From positions 11,098,001-11,162,000 of the forward strand of contig OZ024746.1 of assembly GCA_964016885.1 (NCBI GenBank): DNA of 64,000 bases, read 5' to 3'. The notes beneath the pieces were generated by a model. That model did not search any database. It was not told the origin of the DNA and worked only from the letters and a program-made list of their open reading frames with translations. The translations under genes were made by a program, and so were the position numbers. The stretch is from Eledone cirrhosa. Its lineage: Eukaryota. Positions 26,963 to 42,069 of this stretch are shown here, in pieces (positions within the stretch are counted from its first letter, which is position 1; each line of letters opens with the position of its first letter).

Positions 26963-27660
26963 TTTCTTTATTAGCCACAGGGGCACAAAAGAAGGGGACA
27001 AATACAAAGGGGGAAGTTTACATACAATAAAAACGTGTAAAATGTTATCACAGATGGAATTTAAAAGTTAGTCGATTTTCCCCAATAGAGGGAGACAGTT
27101 TATATGGGTAACACATACCCCCGAAAAAAAATGTGCAACCCTCATCTCCAGGAGTACGAAGAGCTTGTACTCCTTTCCTCTCCTCCTCCTTTTCCTCAAT
27201 CTACAGGCTGATATAGAGAGAAGGCCCATTCACTCGGGCCATTCTCGCCACTTTCACCCACCTTTCATAAAACTTTCTGGGGTACAGTACCTCTCTCTCC
27301 ATCCTGATTCTTCTTCCAAAGTGGTATTTGAAAAAAAGAATCAGTTGTTGGCCGGAGAGAAAGGTGTCTGACCTCAGCCCTTTCAACCTTGTCCACCATA
27401 CAACCTCTTTCGCCATAGCTATCACACAAAGGAAAACCGCCTCTCCTTCGTTTTTGAAGGAGGGTGGCGGTTTGATCATGACAATGGACTCGGTGGTCAA
27501 CTGGATTGGTCCCACCCGCGACAATAGTCGTTCTACATATCCCCACAGGTCAGTGACGCCCGGGCAGTGTATGAATGCGTGCGCGACGGTTTCTTCGTCT
27601 CGCACGCACCTCGGACAGATCTTTTTTGCAGGGTCCCTGCCCGGGCGCCCATGTCTGTAG
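26963..27660 (-). mobile_element. Tx1/L1-like LINE 3' fragment inserted in (GATA)n
   Basis: CPRCVRDEETVAHAFIHCP zinc finger and C-terminal domain, then a 3' UTR ending gtggctAATAAAgaaa. (GATA)n on both sides. Confidence 0.75.
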
Positions 27661-27663
27661 AGT

Positions 27664-27743
<80 letters not shown>

Positions 27744-28165
27744 CAGCCAGAATTCACACCTGGTTTCCCTTAGATATTTTAATATGCATAACATGATTTG
27801 AAAGAAGAGAGCTTCATTTAAACAAACAGTATATATATAACGACCAGGTTCTCTAAGAGAAATGTCATTTTGAAATAAATAACTCTTTCTAGATTTAATT
27901 CAATAAGAAACAGCACAGGGAGTTATTACCAAATTAAATCATTCCGTTTATCTGACTAATCAGATTTCGTTAAATTTCAGAAGAGCAAAGATAACTAAGT
28001 ACTCAGTACACACCTATGTTAAATGTGTGAAGCGTTTGATATAATTAATTGGGAGTTGTTGGTAAACAGTATTATTTATTTCCTCTCAACTAATATTTCA
28101 GTTCAAATTCATAGGGGAATCATACGAAACCTTTAGGTACGAGGAAATAACCCTGTTTACCAACA

Positions 28166-28231
<66 letters not shown>

Positions 28232-28329
28232 TCTCTCTCTCTCCCTCTCTTTATATATATATATATACATATATATATAGTAAAGGAATGAAGAATAACG
28301 TGGTCGGCTGCACAAAAAGGGTTTATTTA

Positions 28330-28438
28330 CAGTATTAACAATTGTTTCATTAATCAGGTGAGTCTAAAAGCCGCTGATCGCTAGAAATTACGTCACTCGA
28401 CCTTAATTACAGTGTTTGATCAAATCATCAGAATGCTG
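28330..28438 (-). ncRNA. Type I hammerhead ribozyme with a long stem II insert
   Basis: Minus strand: CAGCAUU CUGAUGA UUUGAUCA...UGAUUAAU GAAA CAAUUG UU AAUACUG, then uaAAUAAA. GUU triplet. Confidence 0.7.
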
Positions 28439-28445
28439 ATGTGTG

Positions 28446-28643
<198 letters not shown>

Positions 28644-28678
28644 GTGAGAAAAACCACAGACCCTCCATCTCAACTCTA

Positions 28679-28714
28679 CTTTTGAAAAGCAGAAGAACTG
28701 CGAAACCGGTAAAG
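28679..28714 (+). ncRNA. Minimal hammerhead, U3-A8 variant
   Basis: CTT TTGAAAA GCAG aagaa CTGC GAAA CCGG TA AAG, with AATAAA a few nt downstream. Stem I is only 3 bp. Confidence 0.5.
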
Positions 28715-28847
28715 GGACCAAATAAATATATATATATTTTTTTTAAATAAGACTCCAGTTGCATTTTCGATTTCATCTTTTTTTCTTTATACTTTCACTT
28801 GTGTAGGACACCTCGGTTATTTTTTCATTTTGTAAAAAAACCCTCAC

Positions 28848-28889
<42 letters not shown>

Positions 28890-28980
28890 TGTAGACAGGT
28901 TATTGGGCAACGCAACGCGCAGACAAGAGCAATAACAACAACAAACCGGCTCTCTTTCGATTGATGAAAATGTATAAATT

Positions 28981-29312
28981 AATGGTTTCTTATATAGGCA
29001 CAAGGCCAGTAATTATGGGGGACAAGAAAGTCGATTAAATCGACCCCAGTGCGTGACTGGTACTTTATTTTATCGACCCCGTAAGGATGAAAGGCAAAGT
29101 TAACCTCGGCGGGATTTGAACTCAGATCATAAAGGGACGTAACTCTATGCTCCAAAGCATGGCGTCAGACCCTCTGCCGATACTGCCAATCCACCGCCCT
29201 AAAAATGTATAAAATAATTGTTTCTACTTTTGGCACAAGGCCAGCAATTACCCAGTGAATTACTGGTACTTTATTTTATCGACCCCCGTAAGGATGAAAG
29301 GCAAAGTTAACC
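28981..29312 (-). mobile_element. One full and one partial tRNA-derived SINE
   Basis: Family consensus; aaaatgtataaa is duplicated around the first copy. Confidence 0.88.
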
Positions 29313-29455
29313 AAAGTTAAAAATATATAAAATAATAAAATCAGAACATACCTACATGTATATATCTATAAATATGCATATAAACAAATCCCGTACGAAA
29401 CGCCATGACAAAAGCATATATTTTCATGATATTTATTTTACATTTTACATTTCAG

Positions 29456-29533
29456 GTAACGTTTCAAGAAATTATAGCTGAACCAGAACCTTCAGTATTT
29501 TCAATGGATAAAATCTGGATACTGAGCTTCAAG
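29456..29533 (+). CDS. Caveolin-family protein, internal coding exon (VTFQEIIAEPEPSVFSMDKIWILSFK)
   Basis: Acceptor ttttacatttcag at 29455 and donor GT at 29534; 78 nt, phase 0/0. FQEIIAEP matches the caveolin signature FEDVIAEP and is followed by a scaffolding-domain-like SMDKIWILSFK. Confidence 0.92.
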
Positions 29534-29730
29534 GTTTGTATATTTCAGTTAAGATTGCTTATTATAATATAACTCATGCACTTGTATATACACTCGCACA
29601 ATTGTTTACTAGATTACATATGTCTATATGTATTTCTTTTATATCTATTTAAGTATTCTTCGCAGATTTCAATCCGGGCATTCTCGAAGTGATGAAGGTT
29701 CAAAACGGTTTCAGTTATTTCTAGTGTGTG

Positions 29731-30007
29731 TATATATACAGGTATATATTTCTCGGTGTATATATATATATATATATACAGGTATATATTTCTCGGTGTA
29801 TATATATATATATACAGGTATATATTTCTCGGTGTATATATATATATATACAGGTATATATTTCTCGGTGTATATATATATATATACAGGTATATATTTC
29901 TCGGTGTATATATATATATATACAGGTATATATTTCTCGGTGTATATATATATATATACAGGTATATATTTCTCGGTGTGTATATATATATACAGGTATA
30001 TATATAT

Positions 30008-30010
<3 letters not shown>
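29731..30010. repeat. ~36-bp repeat with a variable (TA)n core, ~7 copies
   Basis: Unit (ta)n caggtatatatttctcggtg. Confidence 0.9.
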
Positions 30011-30064
<54 letters not shown>

Positions 30065-30206
30065 TGTATATATATAGGTGTATATATATGAAGGTGTTTG
30101 TCACTTTTTATGCTCCGTCTTATTTCTCAGATTCGGACATTTTGGAACCACAATATGACCCTTGGTCTTTCATTGTGGCGATTAAGGTATCACGTGCATC
30201 TGCAAT

Positions 30207-30397
30207 AAATGTTTCTACTTTTGACACAAGGCCAGCAATTATTCCGGTGCATTACTGGTACTTTATTTTATCGACCCCGTAAGGATGAAAGGCAAAGTTA
30301 ACTTCGGCGGGATTTGAACTCAGATCATAAAGGGGCGTAATTCTATGCTGCAAAGCATGGCGTCCGGCCCTCTACCGATACTGCCAATCCACCACCC
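30207..30397 (-). mobile_element. tRNA-derived SINE in the caveolin intron
   Basis: Family consensus; TSD tgcatctgcaataa. Confidence 0.9.
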
Positions 30398-32028
30398 TTG
30401 CATCTGCAATAATGAGATACTACCACTTTCCTAGTTTACTCCCTCATAAGGGTGCATGATGTAGTATAGTCGAAGCATAGTGTAGTATAGGGGATATACA
30501 ATGTACTATATTGTGTTGCTGCTGCGATTCCCTTGTAGCATGTCAGGCTGTCTAACGTTGATTTGTCGTCGATGTCTAAGAGGTGACGTCTTGATCTTAT
30601 CATTTGGGAGTATATTTGCACTCTGAAATAGGTTTGCCTGTATCTTCCGTTCTCTGGTGTAATTATTGTTTATGTGTATGTGTGTATGTGTGTTTGTGTG
30701 TATGTGTGTATGTGTGTATGTGTGTTTGTGTGTAAATGTGTGTTTGTGTGTTTGTATGTATGTGTGTATGTGTGTATGCCATGTGCACACGTGGTTGTGT
30801 GCAAATGTTTATTCCAGAAAACTCAAAGAGAGAAATTTTGGATTGTTGTACGGTTCCTCACTTCACCGTTAAGCGATTGGATATGTATTCTTTTATGTAT
30901 GCATACTTTATGTATATACGAATGCATATATATTTATATTCCTCAGTAGATATTTTAATATACTATGAAGATAACAGGCTATCACTCAGCTCTAAATAGA
31001 TGAATAGAAACTGTTTTGGTTCAATAATTAAAGAATTCGTCTTTTTATTGAATTAATAACTGTAAGCTTATGTGGAGTCAAGTAAGGTACATTGAATATT
31101 CAGCAATTTGGTGTAATGAGTGGAAGTCACGAAATTTACGTTACAGTGTAATTTAGTGAAGAAATGAGCAAATCGGAAAGAAAGAAAGAAGTGAGAAGAA
31201 GAAAATGGGTAAAATAGTTCCGGAGATTCTGAGATTTTATGGTCGAAGAAAGTGATATCAAGTTTATGTTTAGCACACGGATATTATGAAGGTTTACGAT
31301 TAAACATGGTTGACATTTATGTGGACCGCAGATGAGAGCTGAGTTCACCTTTTGCGCAAATACATTAGATATTATCGAATTCAGGTGGAATAGGTTTCGC
31401 TTTGAGAATTTATATGCCCTTTATTGCCTTATCGATGTGTGTCTTTTCATAAAATGCGTTAAATTCATAGCATGCTAACCATAAAAGGTCATTTGAAAAG
31501 GTTTAGTATTTCAACTGTCAGCTTCGTGTTACTCGTAATGATGTCTTTCCAGTGGGGAACAAATCTATCGGTTCTTTTGCTCAAACAAGACTGATTAAAT
31601 AACAGTATCTATGGATCAACATTATCTGCCATTCGAATTGTATGATTGACCCAGTACAGTTTGTATTTCATAATAATGGTTTACATCTCAAACGTTTTAC
31701 TTGTGAAAAAATATACCTGCCTTTTACGTTTTTATCTTATTTGTTTGTCTCTGTATATTTAATGCAATTCAAAATAATGGTGCCATAAAATATTCGAACT
31801 TACCAAACCAGTTTCAAAAGTTCTTTAATGACACATACTGTTGCCATATTCTTTGTGACTCAGAATTGCATTTGAAAAGGGAGGCTACATTTCTTATGTA
31901 TGTCCTTATATAAAATCTACCAGACACGTAATAGAGTTTGAGCTGTTGCGAATAACACAAACAAAAATAAAGTGTGTACACCCACACACACACTCTCACA
32001 CACACACACACATACACACACGCACATA

Positions 32029-32083
<55 letters not shown>

Positions 32084-32235
32084 TTGCAAGGTGACCCCAA
32101 AACATGTATACACACTTCAACAGCATTCTAATAAATATTGCCTGTACAGGTGATCAAAGTGCATATACATTTTTTGAGACACACTGTGTGTGTGTGTGTG
32201 CGTGCGTGTGCGTGTGTGTGTATGTGTGTGTGTGT

Positions 32236-32374
<139 letters not shown>

Positions 32375-33262
32375 CGTGCGTGTGTGTGTGTGTGTGAATT
32401 TAATTTCTTTTTTTTAATAGTTTATGGAAAATGCCAATGCTCTAATGTATCAAAGTATTAAATACAAAGACTGCATATCGAAGTAAGACTCAACGATGTT
32501 TTGAAATGTCACGACTGCTTTTAAAACGACGTGTGAAAAAAGCCTTTCTGCATTTGATATTTATTCAGTAGAGCATACGAACACCAAAGTTTGTCATCAG
32601 CAAAAGTTTGTTGACAAACTTTAATTTGAAATATCTCATTTGGTGTTTTATTTAAAGTCTGTGATGTTATCAATTTTTCTGGTGGAATAAGCTGGTGGCC
32701 TATCCAGGGAGAGAAGGTTATCTCTTATGTTTAATGCTACTCGGACAGGGGATGGACGTATTCTGTCAGCCGTTCAACGGGACAAAAGAAGCATATTACC
32801 GGTCGTTACTTATAGATGCTACTGAAATAGAATATAAAATCTACACTTCTGTGTTCGATCTTTGAATGCAGTCTAACATGCTATCCTTACAGACCCACAG
32901 AATTTTTTTTTGTTCGTGAATTTGAAAGCAAGTTATATAGGGGAGAAATATAGTCAACGGAATTGACTGAAGTATGATAGACACTTAGATATTTCGCCAT
33001 TATCACCAACTTCCTGTCGATAATGATTATATAAAGAAACTGACACGCTGCTTACATACAAGGGAGCCTCTGAGTAATCACTCAACATTGCTGCGAGTAG
33101 CAGCCGAATCTTCTTCAAATCATGTATATATCCACATGAATATATTCATATATACATGTATATATAACCCATCCTTCATTTTGAGGTTACGATACTTGTT
33201 ATCAATATATCAGTATAAGGAAGATATATATTCACATGTATATAACCATATGTATGAGGAAA

Positions 33263-33485
33263 CTGGTTTCTGATTTAGGTACAAAGCCAACATCCTTTCG
33301 GGGAGAGGAGGGGAAAGTCTATTAAATTGACTCCAGTATATTACTGATACTTTATTTTATCGACCCCGTAAGGATGAAAGGCAAAGCTAACCTCGACAGG
33401 ATTTGAACTCAGATCGTAAAGAGCCGTAACTCTATGCTATAAAGCATGTTGTTCGACGCTCTACTGATACTACTAATCCACAGCC
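33263..33485 (-). mobile_element. tRNA-derived SINE in the caveolin intron
   Basis: Family consensus. Confidence 0.85.
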
Positions 33486-34833
33486 TTTATATGTATAAAT
33501 TAATGAGTAAATCAGTAGAGTAGCAGAATTGTTAACACGTCGGACAAATTGCCTCGCTCTAATTTGTTGCAGATGTTTATGTTGTGAGTTCAAATTTTGC
33601 CGAGGTCAACTTCGACTTTCATCCTTCAGGTCTCAGTTAATAAAGTACAAACCAAGTACTGTGAGCCATTGAGTCGACTGGTGACTCTCCAGAAATATTT
33701 CTGTCTGTGTTTATATAAGAAACTATTTATTATACATATGGGAGTCCGTGTACGACTGTGTGACTATATTATACTTGTCTTTTGTTATTAGTTGAATAAC
33801 TAATTTGATATAAATATGATATAATATATTTGATATAGAATATGAAAAGATCATGCATGTCAACGAAAAATCGAATTTCATTTCCGAAGCTAAATACATT
33901 CATAAAAATTAATAATTTAAAAACTTTAGAAATTACATAAAATATAGACGCCTATTGAACAATAAAGGTTATTCTTTATTTAGGAAGTAAGATAGCAACA
34001 TAATAATTAATATGGCAACTAACAAAAAGATTCTCTTGAAGAATATCAAATGACATAACTTTTGTCATCAGATTTTATCGAAAGTATTTGTTGTTGTTAT
34101 AGTTTTGTTTTATAATTGTTGTTGTGGTTGTTGTTGCTATAATTGTTTATTGATCTCGATTTTATATTCGTAACTTTTGCTATACTCGAACGGCAATAAT
34201 TTAAAATGTTGTCTGTGTTTCGTGTTATTAATAATAAAGATATATGATATAGGAGGTGTTCTATTAAAGTTATTCAATACATTACCTTCTAGGTTTATCT
34301 AAATTTAAGCTATTGGTCTATTAGAGCACACCGCCATTTTCTTCTTCCTTCAGGTCGTTCATTATATACATCAGGTTTTTGTTGCTGCTTTGAAAACTGT
34401 AAATCTTATGCCGTCCTTAAGAAGGGGCGCTCCTCTTTGTGTTCCTTCCACGCTTTCAGTTTCGGTTCATTTTTATTCTTTCGCATGTCTGCTTCAATTT
34501 GCCTTCTGCAACAACTTACCGCTTCTCAGCAGCCTATATTCCCTATCTATCACCCTGCAATAAATGGTTGATACTACTTGGCACTGAGAACGAGGCGATT
34601 TTTTCCTCTATTCCATGAGGACTCGACTAGGGTTGTATATATATATAAGTATGTATAAAACCGTATAGTTTTAAATGATCCCGCTTAGGGTGAAAGCAAA
34701 AATCTTTTGTATAGATTTTTAATCTGTCCTAATAATATGTGTGTGTGTGTGTGTCATTTTAGATGTGTGTGTACGTTTATGTTTGTTTAAATATTGTAGA
34801 CTATTAACACGTGTTCTCTTCTCTTTTCTCTAG

Positions 34834-35097
34834 GTGTTCAACGTAACCAAAATCTGGTGTTATCGAATCACTTCTACAGCTCTGGCACTTCCGATGGCTG
34901 TATTGTGTGGCATCAATTTCGCCTGCATGAGTTTCTGTAACGTCTGGGTGGCAAACCCATTGGTACGATGCCTGGCCATCGAATGTCATCTCATCAGACA
35001 AGTGTGGGATATGATACTCGAAGTTCTCTTTCGGCCACTGTTCGTCACTCTCGGTGAATGCATAACTTCTATAAAGATGGCTCTTGCGGGTGATTGA
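34834..35097 (+). CDS. Caveolin-family protein, last coding exon (VFNVTKIWCYRITSTALALPMAVLCGINFACMSFCNVWVANP...GD*)
   Basis: Polypyrimidine acceptor ttctcttctcttttctctag, in phase with the previous exon. It aligns by eye to caveolin [39 protein letters not shown], including the intramembrane domain. Stop TGA at 35095-35097. Confidence 0.93.
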   Translation: MFNVTKIWCYRITSTALALPMAVLCGINFACMSFCNVWVANPLVRCLAIECHLIRQVWDMILEVLFRPLFVTLGECITSIKMALAGD

Positions 35098-35321
35098 CAT
35101 AAGTGGACCGGTCACAGAGTGGCCACAAATGCAGAGAGTGTGATAGACATTGTCGGTGAAGAAGATATCATAGAAAGCGAAAGGAAATCTATTGTTGACA
35201 TGAAAACGGATTGAAACCGAATGAAGTATAAAAGAAAATACGAAAGAAAATCGAACAGAGAGGTGTTTGTTAGCTATGAACTTCATTTTACTAATCTCCA
35301 TCGCTCTCAGTTGACGTTTAC

Positions 35322-35327
35322 AATAAA
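35322..35327 (+). promoter_or_regulatory. Candidate polyadenylation signal for the caveolin gene
   Basis: AATAAA about 225 nt downstream of the stop codon. Confidence 0.4.
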
Positions 35328-35689
35328 AACACATCAACTCTATCAATAACATATCTGACTAAAGCTATCGTCCTGTATTTTCATATCCGCCATTTTAATC
35401 TCTGTAGTCATCGTTGTTGATCTTGTGGTTATTATTGCTTTGACATGCCAGACAAATGTTTTGAAATATTTTATGGCTTTTATATTCAAATCCCGCCAAG
35501 GTCAGCTTTTCCTGTCATCTTTCTGGTGTCGATGAAATAAAGTACCAGTCAAAATATTGGTTCGATATAATCGACTTTTCATTCTCGCCCCAAACTGCTG
35601 GCCTTGTGCTACAATTAGAAACCATTGTTTTATTTCATAAGGATTTCTACTGCTGCTTCTTTTGTTGTTATTATTTGTTGTTGTTGAAA

Positions 35690-35910
35690 GGGCGGTGGAT
35701 TGGCAGTATCGGTAGAGGGTCGGCCGCCATGCTTTGCAGCATAGAGTTACAGCCCTTTACTGTCTGAGTTCAAATCCCGCCGAGGTTAACTTTGCCTTTC
35801 ATCCTTACGGGGTCGATAAAATAAAGTACAAGTCACGCACTGGGGTTGATTAAATCGACTTTCCCCTCCCCCAAAATTGCTGGCCTTGTGCCTATATAAG
35901 AAATCATTAT
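35690..35910 (+). mobile_element. tRNA-derived SINE, long variant
   Basis: Family consensus; ttatttgttgttgttg is duplicated on both sides. Confidence 0.9.
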
Positions 35911-37027
35911 TTGTTGTTGTTGTTAACATGTCTTATAGTTTATTCCAGTTGCTGTTAATTACTCTACAATCTGATTTCAATTTTCCGTTCATTTGAAACT
36001 GTTTCGCCTTCACTTTCTACTCTCATACGTTTAAGGCTTGATCGTCCCACAATCTCATTTATCCTTTTGTGCCTATATAGGAAATCTTTCAAATCCTACC
36101 GAGGCCGACTTTGCCTTTCATCCACCCAGGATCGATAAAATAAATATCAATCAAATTGTTTTCGGCATAATCCAGTTCCCTGCCAAACATCTGTGACCTT
36201 CGGCTATAATAGAGATCATTATTATTGCCATTGAGGTGATGAATGATAGAATCAATGAAGTGCCTCACAAAATACTTTGGGTTGTGTCCATTTATGTTCA
36301 ACCGAACTCAAATTTTCCCATGCATCCTTTCAGAATAAATAAAATAAAGAATCAATCATATATTGGACTCGATTTAATTGAATACACCACACCAAAAGTT
36401 GTGACCTTGTGCCTATGTTAGAAATTATCATCATTGTTCACTAGTCATGTTTATTGCATGTTTTTTCAAATTATATTATCGAGTGCAGCTCTCTGAGCTT
36501 TCGGTATGAGCAATCATTTTCGTTATATATTTCCTCTTATATTAAAAGTACTCTACGTAATACGTGTGCAGTGCCTAGTAGTGCTATTTGGTGTATATGT
36601 TGCGCATATCCCTAAATCTAAGAGTTTGTATTATTATTGAAATTGTTTCTGTTTTCAGACCCCATGATCTAATCGTCGCTATCTTTATATTTGCACAATA
36701 TCACCTTTTCTTCTGAGAAATTCAACATCACCTATTCGGGTTGATACTGCGACTAGACGACGGGGACTTCCTTTTCCTGGTAGTCTTTCACAACAATATC
36801 TGGCGTAGTAGCCTTCATCACCCAGTCTGTGTAAAGTGACATATCCCAGTGTACTACACCTTTGTTATCTTACATATCTTGTGTGCCTGGTTGTTGCAAC
36901 TAGTTTTCCGTAACTTTTACACGAATTAACACAGATACTTGTATATATATTTAACTCGGTTTTATCGAATTATATTTTGTCATATAAAAATACATTACTT
37001 TATACATGTTTTGAATTTTTTTTTAAA

Positions 37028-37064
<37 letters not shown>

Positions 37065-37155
37065 TTCTCTGCGTATTTGCTTGCATATGTTAAGTTGTCC
37101 TTTGACTAGACTATATATTTCTATAGTTTATAGTTTTATATATTTTAACATATTT

Positions 37156-37455
<300 letters not shown>

Positions 37456-37710
37456 TTATTTATTTATTTATTAAAATAACAGGTTAAAGTTTAAGCAAAG
37501 AATCGCTGCTTTCACCCTTAACGGGATCTTCTGAAACTAAAAAAATCAATCTGTGGACGCAGAAGTAAATATTTCGAAAAACGTTGCAACCGAAGGAAGA
37601 CAGGAAGATGATACTTTGGTTCGTGGAAACGTTCCCTGGCATATATTTGATATATATTTATCCTTATCGAGCCCTTTTGGGATTTTAGTCTTCAAATTTA
37701 TTATTATTAC

Positions 37711-37822
<112 letters not shown>

Positions 37823-37825
37823 CAC

Positions 37826-37869
<44 letters not shown>

Positions 37870-37870
<1 letters not shown>

Positions 37871-38373
37871 CACATTCTGAGAAGTGGTATGAGCATAAGC
37901 CAGAGTCGGTGATAGAAAACGATCAGGTGAAGGTGCTGTGGGGTTTTAGGATACAGACGGACAAGAAACTGGAACACAATAGACCTGACCTGGTGGTTTT
38001 GGACAAGGAAAAAAGATCGTGCCTGATTGTGGATGTGGCCTGCCCATTCGACACGAGAGTGCAAGAGAAGGAGAGGGAGAAAATTAACAGATACCAGGAC
38101 TTAAAGTGGGAGGTAAAAAGGATTTGGAACTGCCATGAAGTCAAAGTGGTCCCGATTGTCATAGGCGCACTAGGTACTATCTCAAAAAGTTTCCAGGGAT
38201 GGTTAAAGAAAATTGGCCCAGCCACGCTTTTTGGAACGCTTCAAAAGGCATGCTTGCTGGGAACAGCAAGAACACTCCGATACGTCCTGAATATCTGAGG
38301 CTGCAGGTAGTGGCTTGATATTCATTTCAACAAACTTTCCAGTTAACTAACATCAATGACTGAGACTCAAGGA
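37870..38373 (+). mobile_element. R4/Dong-clade LINE 3' fragment (REL endonuclease) in (TAA)n
   Basis: WGFRIQTD..HNRPDLV..IVDVACPFD..EREKINRYQDL..VPIVIGALG..LQKACLLGTAR. Flanked by (TAA)n. Confidence 0.85.
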
Positions 38374-38521
38374 GTAATAACAATAATAATAATAATAATA
38401 ATTATAATAATTTCTTTATTAACCACAAGGGTTTACATAAAGTAGACATTAAGGACAGTGCAGGACAATACAGGACGGTACAAATGGGCATTTCTGCGTG
38501 TAAAAAACAAAAACAGAGGAT

Positions 38522-38554
<33 letters not shown>

Positions 38555-39260
38555 TTGAAGACTAAAATCCAAAGAGGGCTCGATAAGGATAAATATATAT
38601 CAAATATATAAGAACCCTAGGGTGAAAGCAGCGATTCTTTGCTTAAACTTTAATCTGTTATTTTAATAAATTAATAAATTAATATATATATATATATATA
38701 TATAAGTCTGAGAGAATAACAGGTTCATGTTTTATACTTGTCATTTCACGTTTTAGCTCTTCGACATAGTTTGTATTCTTGTCTTCACTATTCACTTTAG
38801 TAAACTTTGGCTGTATTTGCTGTAGTGTAGTAACTTGGATTATAAAAACATTTCAGCTTCTTTCATAATATATATATTTCTATTTCTGAGTGAAAACTTG
38901 TAGAATGTTTTTTTCCACCCGTTATTATTTGTGGTCATCCAAACATCTTCAATTGATATCTAAATCTGGTCTCCTCCATGTCTACAGCTCTTCATGGTAT
39001 GTTTCAAACCTGTCTTCTGTATTAATCTTCTTGCGTTCATATATGTAAATATATATATATATAAATGGAATAGAATGAAACGAAATTTCATTTCTCACTC
39101 TTAGTGCTGTTTGTTTGTTTACAAACGAACAAACCGAGCATTATAATAAATGTTCGGTAAACTGATACGTGCATATATATATGTGTGCCTGTATGTATAT
39201 ATATACATGCTACTGTACGTCTGTATACATATATGTATGTACGTATACATACATACTTAC

Positions 39261-39474
<214 letters not shown>

Positions 39475-39605
39475 ATTAGAATTTTAAGTATGCATACGTA
39501 ACAGCTGGTGATATGCATGTAAGTAAATATTCTCCTTATCTAGAAACGATCGTAAAGCAGTGAAATATATCTCTAATGACTTAATTTTTTATTTCATTGT
39601 TTTAA

Positions 39606-39707
<102 letters not shown>

Positions 39708-39827
39708 TATATATTTATATATATATATATATATAACATTAAATTATTCCTAACAAGCTCATATGTCCCAAGGCTCTGATACCATCAACACTATAAACAC
39801 AGTGCTGACATATCCAAGAACTGACTA

Positions 39828-39883
39828 ACTGCCTGATGAGGTCATAGCCATTCAATGGCTATCATCGAAATATATATAGCAGT
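39828..39883 (+). ncRNA. Type I hammerhead ribozyme, identical to 23468-23523
   Basis: Same 56-nt motif inside a ~150-bp segment (39781-39930) that repeats 23421-23570; both end in (TA)n. Confidence 0.85.
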
Positions 39884-39974
39884 AAATAAAGGATTATGAG
39901 TTCATGCAATTGACTTATGTTTCGTCACTATATATATATATATAATTAGAATTTTACGTATGCATACTTACATT

Positions 39975-40007
<33 letters not shown>

Positions 40008-40069
40008 TATTTGTCCCCAATATTTCAGTTTGTCTACCTTATATCCCCACATATTGAGATTTTGGCTTA

Positions 40070-40112
<43 letters not shown>

Positions 40113-40328
40113 TAGGTCGTCGTATGAGTTTAGAGCTGGTTTATTATTTTATAGTTTGAAGCTTCAGTTTCTGATAATCTACTAAATTTCTATTTTGTAT
40201 TGCTATTCCTTTTTTTTCATTTGTGTATTAAATGTTGTTACATATGATGCACAAAAATGGAGAGGAATTTATTGGAATATTTGTTTTATAAAGATAATCT
40301 GTTTTGTATTATTTGTTCTATTTATAAG

Positions 40329-40520
40329 GGCGGTGAATTGGCAGTATCGGTAGAGGGTTGGACGCCATGCTTTCTAGCATAGTTACGTCCCTTTACAGTC
40401 TGAGTTCAAATCCCGCCGAGGTTAACTTTGCTTTTCATCCTTACGGGGTCGATAAAATAAAGTACCAGTAATGTACTGGGTAATTTCTGGCCTTGTGCTG
40501 CCTAAAGTAGAAACAATTAT
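40329..40520 (+). mobile_element. tRNA-derived SINE
   Basis: Family consensus. Confidence 0.88.
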
Positions 40521-40828
40521 GTGTCCTATTTATTATTGTTGTGTGTTTATTAATAGATCTTTATTGTTATACCAACCCAACTCTTTACTCAATGTCAATT
40601 GTGTCCTGTTTATTGTTTTCCTATGTATTTGCCCCTTTCTACTATGTATTTCCCTAATGTTTGGAACCCTTGTGGCCAATAAAGGAACATATTATTAATA
40701 TTATTATTGTTATTATTATTGTTGGTGGTGGTGGTGGTAGTAATATTATTATAAAGAACCAGTAATGCTCTGGAGGTAATTGCTTGCCTTGTGCCAAAAG
40801 TAGAAACAATTATTATTATTATTATTAC

Positions 40829-41880
40829 AGTTGCATTTATCTTGCTTTATGTTCATACGAGTTATCACCAAGTCACAACCAGTGACCTCAAGAGACAACA
40901 AGGTCCGCCATGTTCAAAAAAGAACACACATACACACACATGCATTTTTAGGTGTTTAGACTTGTGATGTACTTATATTGACAGAATCTTCCTTAGTATA
41001 TGGGGAGTTCCCATTAGTACTATCTTTTGTATTTCTCCTATACGCGGGTTTCCTGGGATTTGCGATAAGTAATCATTAGACCCCTTAGGTATCATTCCTA
41101 GAGCGCCTACAACCACTGGTATTGTTTTAGTTCTCAATTTCCACATTTTTCCAATTTCTATCTCCAGGTCCTTATACTTGCTCAATTTTTCAAATGTTTT
41201 TATAGATACATTCTTGTCTATTGGAACGGACATATCAATTAGCAGGCATACGCTCTTTTTAAAGTCCTTCAGTATTATATCAGGTCTATTTGCATCTATT
41301 TTTCGGTCTGTTTGGATGCTAAAGTTCCACAAGATTGAGATGTGATCTTTTTCAAGTATGGGAGGTGGTTGATGCTCCCACCAATTCTTTTGATGGGGCA
41401 GGTCAAAATGCTTACACATTATCCAATGTAAGTATTGTGCAGCTCTGTCATGCCTGTTTAGGTATTCGGTTGGAGCTATAGGACTGCACATTGAAATTAT
41501 ATGATCAATGGTCTCTGGTTGTTTTTTACATACACGGCATAATGGGTTGCATCCATTTTTTATTATGTTGGCTTGGTAATTTTTTGTTGGCAGACACTGA
41601 TCTTGTGCTGATATAATCAGTCCTTCAGTCTCCAATTTCAATCCAGAGGATGCCAACCACTGATGGGTTAAAGTTTTGTCAACATCAGGATTGTTAGCTC
41701 TTTCTGGGTATTTTCCATACAGAGGCTTTTCTTGCCATTTCTTAGGCAGTTTCTGTAGCATTTCTTTCTTTGCAGTTACTTTTACCTGCTTTGCTTTTTC
41801 TGTGTTTTCCATTTCAGCAGTAAATGGGACTTCTGAAATGTGTAGTCCATTACTGTATCTGTGTGCATCTTTTGTAATGG
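40829..41880 (-). mobile_element. R4/Dong-clade LINE 3' fragment, second family
   Basis: 279-aa ORF with CRVC..ETIDHIISMC, RHD, NRPDI, IDMSVP, KLSKYKDL and VVGALG motifs. Flanked by (TTA)n. Confidence 0.9.
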
Positions 41881-41943
<63 letters not shown>

Positions 41944-42069
41944 TTGTTATTATTTATATTGTTTACACGTTGTATATGTAATCCCCCACTGCCCCTGTCT
42001 TTTGCATTGTCCCCTATATGTCGGCCCTTGTGGCCAATAAATGAAACTATTATTATTATTATTATTATT

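Noticed and set aside
34804-35352. 182-aa minus-strand ORF
   Set aside because: It is the antisense shadow of the caveolin exon and 3' UTR, with no recognisable motif.
37598-37640. cagg AAGATGA..GAAACGTT ccctg, and similar remnants at ~34675-34700 and ~50055-50085
   Set aside because: Core nucleotides are mutated or missing; at most dead HHR relics.
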